64,000 nt of DNA from Podarcis erhardii (taxonomy: Eukaryota). The translations under genes and the position numbers were made by a program. The notes under the pieces were generated by a model, which did no database searches, was not told the DNA's origin, and was given only the letters and a program-made list of their open reading frames with translations. Shown here piece after piece: positions 57,510-64,000 of the stretch. Numbering within the stretch: the stretch's first letter is position 1; the number at the start of each line of letters is the position of its first letter. The stretch is taken from the NCBI GenBank assembly GCA_964252035.1, contig OZ176207.1; one strand, 5' to 3'.

Positions 57510-60500
57510 CACGGCATCCATAAAATGACCACAGTGTACTTTATTTAATGATTTGGTACTTCGTGTTGCAATAAAAAAAAATCTACAAAATCCAAATATA
57601 TAAAATTTTCAAGTTTTCCTTTGAAGTTTTACAAGAAAAATCAGGTTGTAACCAAAGAAATTTGTTAGTATGAAGCACTACTTTCAACTTCATTTCATCA
57701 CAAATTGCAACTTACTTAACAGACCAAAAGAACTATGGTACTGTAGTACACCAAATACTTCACACACTGTGTTCTTTACTATAGCACATGTAACCACTGC
57801 CACACAAGACAGTAGTCTCTAGCTGATAAAGACACTCTTCACGATCGGGACTCTAAAGGAATGTTCGTATACATGGAATCTGAATATAGTTATTTACAGG
57901 AAGGATTTCATTTCATTTAACTATTTTTTGAATCTTCATTTCAAACAGAATACCCAATACATTTGTACAATGTTTACAATCCATAGCACAAGAACTGTCA
58001 TGAATATCATTCAACTCGAGTCACTGTGCTTGTACCAAGGGAAATATCTACACTTTCCATAAACACAAAGGTGATCTCCCAGAACTTGTTTCTGATAATG
58101 GTTAAGTATTGAGTAAAAGCACAGTAACAATTAGTTAACACAATCAGTGTATAATTGCAACAGTTTACAACAGGAGCTGAGAAATTATTGATCCACTCTA
58201 TTCCATTTGTTAGTCTGCTGTTGACAGTCACATTTCATTGTTATGGCATGTTTTTCAGAGTTTTATATAATTACATATCTGGTACAGGAGAAACAAAATG
58301 AAAAAGACTCATGAGTGGAAAAAGCACAAATCTTTTAAGGCAAATTAAGCATATACAAGCAGTGACCGTTTCTGTTCCTGGGTATGTGGTTTTTGATTCT
58401 GGATAATTAAACAACACCTCACAGACCCATAGCTTCTGATCCAGCTATGCATGCACTGAGCTGAACAATCTACCCCACTAATTAAGATGGTTGATACTGT
58501 TGACTGTGGACACATCTATCACTATTTTTTTTTTAAGGGAGGGGTCTAAATTCATCTTCCCTACCACTGAAGTGATTGGTGCTGCCATTTCCTATCAGGG
58601 CTGTTCTCAAAGTTCCTAATCTACCCCCTCCTGCCCAAAGGTAGATGAAGCCTGGAAATTCAAACCAAGCACTATGTTTCACATCACAACACAAGACATG
58701 TGGAAGCTTGTTTCTGTGCATGCACTGTCCTAATTGGATCAGGTAAAGATTGTTAGCAACTACAGTATGTTCTGTTCAGTGTCTTCTATGAATAAATTGG
58801 CATGGCTTTGAAACAGGTTTCATTTTCTAAACTGGGAAGGGCTGGTTGAGACAGAAGCCCTAATAAATACAAAGTGCATGCTTTAATATCTAGAGGGAGG
58901 AGAAAAATTAAAGGTAGCTGAGGTAGTTTGATGTAAAAATGCAACGTGTCAGAATAGCAAAAAAAAAAAAAAAAGTTATTTGGAATTTACTCACTTATAT
59001 GTCTTTGGGATATTAATTAAAAATGGACATGACCCAGCCAGAGTTAAATATGTGTAAGTTCCATCTGGATTCAGCTGAAATAAGAGGAACTTAAACATCC
59101 TTAGTGTTCCCTGGGTTATGCCCAGGAATCCCTAGGCATGATCACTTACTCTGCTGTAGTCCCATTTACTTGACCAGTTTTGTATCAGTAAATAACAAAG
59201 TCTCAGTAACTAAACTGTACAAACAAAAAGAACATTTAGAACTGATTTTCAAGTATTGATATGTTTTTGCAGGTCTTAATTTTTTTTCCAAATATGAGAT
59301 AACAAAAAAATGACATGACTAGAATGCTGTGCTAACAATGTACCATCTGAACAAGCAATAGCCCACTTAGCTGAGCTTCAGCAGGATTTCATAACAGCAT
59401 CTGTAAGATATATTTTTACCACTGGAGACAGTCATACTTGTAGGAGTCTATATTATGTTGCATTGTTTGGTCTCTAGCGAAGGGGTGTTGACACTGTTCG
59501 TTCAGTTTAGCCCAGTACAGCTACAAGGATGAGCCCTGCAGTCCTCTGTTGTATGGCACTGCATTTAGTCAAAAGGGCATAGATAACACTCTGTATTGTT
59601 TCCAGATAGGCCATGTCCACATTGGAAGGTGTCACTAGCCTTACTCTAGCATTTCATGCACATGAAATTGCTCCCCTTGCAATATACCATGCAAGATCTT
59701 AAGCAACAGCCATGAGGACAGAAAGCACCCTGCTTCAGATCTTCACCCTCTATGAACTGAAAGGCAATGGGGCAGAGGTTAGCACTCTTGTCTATGCTCA
59801 TGTGTAGGTTTTATGTGCAAGCAGAACTCCTGTTTAGGACTAGTATTCCCCACACTTCATTTCCTTGCTTTTAAAACTGTAGATTTCATATCCCGCCCCC
59901 GCCCCCAATCTCTGTGCCAGTGTTGATGGCAACACAAGTAGTCAGGGCTAGCTCCACTCTTGAGGGGACCCTCAGCATTGAGTATTCTAGTGCACACGGT
60001 TCTATGAAGGTGGGGTACCCCATGAGCCCAGGAGGGGGTGATATTAAGGGGTGTAGCATGCAGCAGCACTCACTAAATGATGGTAAGCTACAGGGCCATT
60101 GAGCACCCTGGTGTAGCATTGCTCTGTGGCATTGTGGGAAATGTAAAAGGCAGCTGTAACGTATTTATTTCTCACAATGCCCCAGAGAGATGCTATGCCA
60201 GAGGTGTGCTGGGATATTGCAGGAAATGTAAATGTCACTCCAAGCCACTCACAGCAAGTTCAGAGTTAGGGATGTCTAAGGAGAGCAGGTGCTGAATCTG
60301 GACCTGCTCATAGTGCAAAGGCAGGACCCAGATGTTAGCAGGGAAGAACAGAGCAAACGTACAAACCTAGTAACATTGTTGTGGGGCTGCTTGATTTCAA
60401 GGATGGAAAACTGATGGGCAGATGGGGCCCATGGATGTGTTCCAAGAGATAAAGGGCCAGAGTCCTTTATGGTAAAGGGGCAGATACAGATAACTAAATG

Positions 60501-63500
60501 CCCAGGAAAATAAAAACACTGAATTGGGGAGGGGAGAGAAACAGGTTTCATTAGAGTGGGGGACTGCATTGGAAATTTGGGGTGGGGGAGAAATAGGGAC
60601 GGGAACTATCAATGCAATAGTTTCAGAATGATCAGTGTTGGTTTTTTTTTTTTTTAAGGACATCTTTTAAAATAACCAGACTCTGTTGCAAAATGCCTAG
60701 ACCCAAGATCCAAAGGTAGCAATTTGATACTAGCTGTGATGACCCTGAGATTTAAACTTGCTGCCCTGAGAATGGACCCCAAAATCCCAGTCTCAGCATC
60801 AAACCTGAGACCTACCAAACCTAGGCAAACTCCAAACAGATCTGGTGGAGTAATAGTGGAACAATGAGCATTATAGCCCAAGTCTAACTATTTCTGCTCA
60901 GAAGGAAGGAAGTTCTATGGAATGTATTGACTGTATTAGGGCCCTTTCCCAGATAAGTGGGGTTATCCCTTAACCACTAAAACATACAGATAGTGTCCTG
61001 TTTTACTGAATTAGCTATAAACTGTGGATTGTACTGTGCATCCATTTCTAGTTGCATGCTAGACAACTCTGAGAATTTTGTAATTCTAGTGAACTGACTG
61101 AGGCCTCCTGAACAGAATATTCTAAAATGCTCATCTTGGATTCATGTGGAATGGAAATGAACAAACCATATCCTGAAATGTTCATTTATCACAGCACTCT
61201 CTTCTTAGCAAAGAATTATTGCCCTAATATGGATTATGGTGGAGAGTATATTCCTTTTAATTTGACATTAAAAAGCCCTTTGCCCCATTTGTTTGCAATT
61301 TGGCAGGCTTACTCCACCCACTCTAGAGGGGATACTGTGCCTGCAAATTTCATCTACTCCTGCCAAGGAGAACACATTATAGACATTTTTAGATTTCTCA
61401 TTAGAGTGAAATTCAGAGCTTTACTGCACAAGAGTATATTGAAACCCATATCACAGATTGAAATGGACAGATCATGTCAGAAATATATTAGTTTGTTAGG
61501 ATTATTTAAAAAAGAAGATCTACAAGACAAATCTTGGGGCCTGTGCCTACCTCTAAACATTTACTAAGTAGATCCCATGGGTTTTAATGAAGTATTTTAA
61601 TATTTATATTTATATTATTTATTTTTATATATTTATTTTCCAAGAATGTGCTTAGCTAAAGAAACAGGCTGATTTATTAATTACGATCCCTTGGATACCA
61701 CATATGTTCAGCAATTGCCAACCTGATGAACATAAAATAGCCATGTCTTTCAAGGATAGAACAACATTATGAAATGAATGTTCATTCATTATGGAATGAA
61801 AATCCATGGGATTCAACAACAACAGAAAACAGGTTGCAAAAGAGGCAGATTATTATGTTCTACACTGGGAAAGAAGGAGTTGGAGTTGGATGAAGTCACA
61901 GAAGAAAAGATTTGCCATGTTACACTTCCTCACCCTTTAAACTAACCCTGATGCCAAGACCAGATAATTCTGGTACATTTGGAACCATTGCACAAGAAGT
62001 GATGTCTGGAATGGCTCCTCTTGCAGCTCACTGTCTTTGTTGTCCCTGTACCCTGGTTTCATGCTGACACCTATCATTTGCACCACCACTGTACTGCAGC
62101 TGCCTCCCTCCTATGATCTGACCTGCAGCAACAGCATGCCAGGTGATGTGGAAAGCCTGGACCAGTGGCCCCCATCATAGGCTTGTCCTTTGTCCCCATC
62201 CACCACAGCATCTGCCTTTGCATTAATGATAATAGGAGGCCATAGGATTAGGCAGAAGCGAAACTGCTCCCTTCCCAATGGCACATGAAAAAGATTAGGC
62301 ACTGCATACTACAAGAGCATGATGGGCCTGGGAGCCCAGCTGCTGTGGTGCTTGCACCAGAAAAACATGCCTATGTGTAGTCATCACATGGAGGAGGAGG
62401 AGGAAGAGAGAGAGAGGTAAGCCTTTTGTAAACAGCACGTGGTGTTAGCTCACAGTTTCAGAGGTATGATAATGAAAATAACAATTTCAAAAGCTCACAA
62501 CCAATGATAATATGCATGCTATTACATACACCATTAAGTTGGAATTTAATCTTAAATCTAATCGCTTGCTATTGGTTTTACCCCCTCCTCTCCCACATAA
62601 ATCTGAAATAGCATTTCTTCACATTTTTGTTGTGGTTTATTCTTTATGTTTCGTCATCATTACTTTGGATAATGTATCACCAAAAACCATGAACTAATTG
62701 CTTTACAACAGTTTAATCAGAAGTTATTCCCACTGAGTCCAGTGGGACCTGGAATAAGAGAAAATTAAGGCTACCTAGGAATAAGTGGGCCTTAATTCCT
62801 CTTTGCCCCACATAAAATATTAGAAAGAAACACTGCCTTCACTTCCTGTTCCCATTTGAAAGCTGCCATTTGGGTGGAAGGTCTATGACACGGAAGCAGG
62901 AATCTAGAATACAGCATAAGCCCCACCTGAATGGCACTGACCTCAGTGTTTAAGTAGTATAGAAGCATAGAAAGCTGCCTTGTGCCAAGCAAGACCAGTG
63001 GTCCACCCAGCTTTGTCTACAATGACTGGCAGCAGTTCTTCATGGTTTCAGACAGGATCTCTCCCAGTTAGAGATACTGGAGGTTCAATCCAAGACCTTC
63101 TACAGGCAACTCTTCATTCCCCCTACCTCCATTTGTTCAGAAGTTGCTATGCTTTAAAAGGAGAGTCGTGCAAATATGTATAAATTTGTATCCAATAAGG
63201 CATTTAAGGAACCCATTCCTGGATCTCACGACACTGGGGCTTAATGTTAAAGGACAAATTCGCAATCCATGTCCGAGAGAGTCGAACAGACAAGAAAATC
63301 ACTACTTTTCAAATCAACCTGGCATAGTTTTATTATGTGACCTCGCAAGAACATGCTTTTGACCTCAGAGAACACATAGCTATTTGTGGAAGGATACCTT
63401 TGTTTGAAAACTGAAATGACTTAAAAGTTTAATGTAATTAAGTAGACATTTGATGCTTCTGTGGGGGGTGGAAGTGGGATTGTTCCTTTTTTTAATCAGC

Positions 63501-64000
63501 TGTGTATGAATCACTATTTATGACAGATATATGTCACAAATAAAGATATTGGGGGGGGATCGTCATGCCTTTTGGGGTAAGAGGGGGTCTTTTGGAGAAA
63601 CTGCACCAGGGCCCCTAACCACCTTTAACTGGCCCTGCCTGCTTGTTTGATATGCATCTGAATTTGAAATCCCTCAACTTTATGTAACTTTATCAATACT
63701 CTTAGTGCTTTGAAATAGTTAGAATGCAAATGCATTTGTGGGAGGAATAAAGCAGCTTATTGAGGAGTTGCTTCATTGAAACTAACAACTCAATCAGTTA
63801 ATTAAGAATGGCAGCTATATAATTACATTCCTGTTGAGACAAGCCTACCCAGAGGTTTATAAAGTTCAGGTAATTTTAATCTGTTTTAGTATTTTAACCT
63901 TTGTATGTTTTAAACTATGGCTGTGATTTTTTCTTGATTTTACTGTTGTATCTTTTTCTAAACAGCTTTGATGATTTTGACAACCAAGCAGTGTAAAAAA
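57510..64000 (-). other. Possible long 3' UTR of a convergent gene (XKR4 by human synteny); no coding exon in the window
   Basis: Minus-strand AATAAA at 57540-57545 (plus-strand TTTATT) beside a minus-strand U-rich, TE-poor stretch. Human TMEM68 lies tail-to-tail with XKR4. The identity is inferred from synteny only. Confidence 0.3.

Noticed and set aside
61127-61567. 146-aa ORF, and other 60-130 aa ORFs in the last 7 kb
   Set aside because: No recognisable domain, no XK-family motifs and no splice context; consistent with chance ORFs.

Overview
Vertebrate genomic DNA, most likely from a lacertid lizard: it contains three Sauria-type SINEs, Bov-B, and squamate L1/L2/RTE/CR1 elements and MITEs. 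The protein-coding content is a head-to-tail array of three spliced TMEM68 (DIESL)-family acyltransferase paralogs on the + strand. Copy A is 5'-incomplete, with five exons at 402-7228. Copy B spans 15605-23928 (319 aa, or 314 aa from the second ATG). Copy C spans 35502-49618 (330 aa). All three share exon phases, have canonical GT-AG sites and open spliced frames, but are only about 32-57% identical in the catalytic exon. Copy A has replaced the Asp of the His/Asp motif with Gly. Copy B has lost the ancestral start codon and the N-terminal glycosylation sequon. A class II (betaretrovirus-like) ERV remnant with a tRNA-Met PBS and splice donor lies just upstream of copy B. Other notable elements are a 2.2-kb internally deleted L1 with a 14-bp TSD, and a 5'-inverted Bov-B with a second LINE nested inside it. 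The last ~6.5 kb has no recognisable exon and may be the 3' UTR of a convergent gene (XKR4 by human synteny; inference only). All assignments were made by eye; comparisons to human TMEM68 and to repeat families are from memory, not from a database search.
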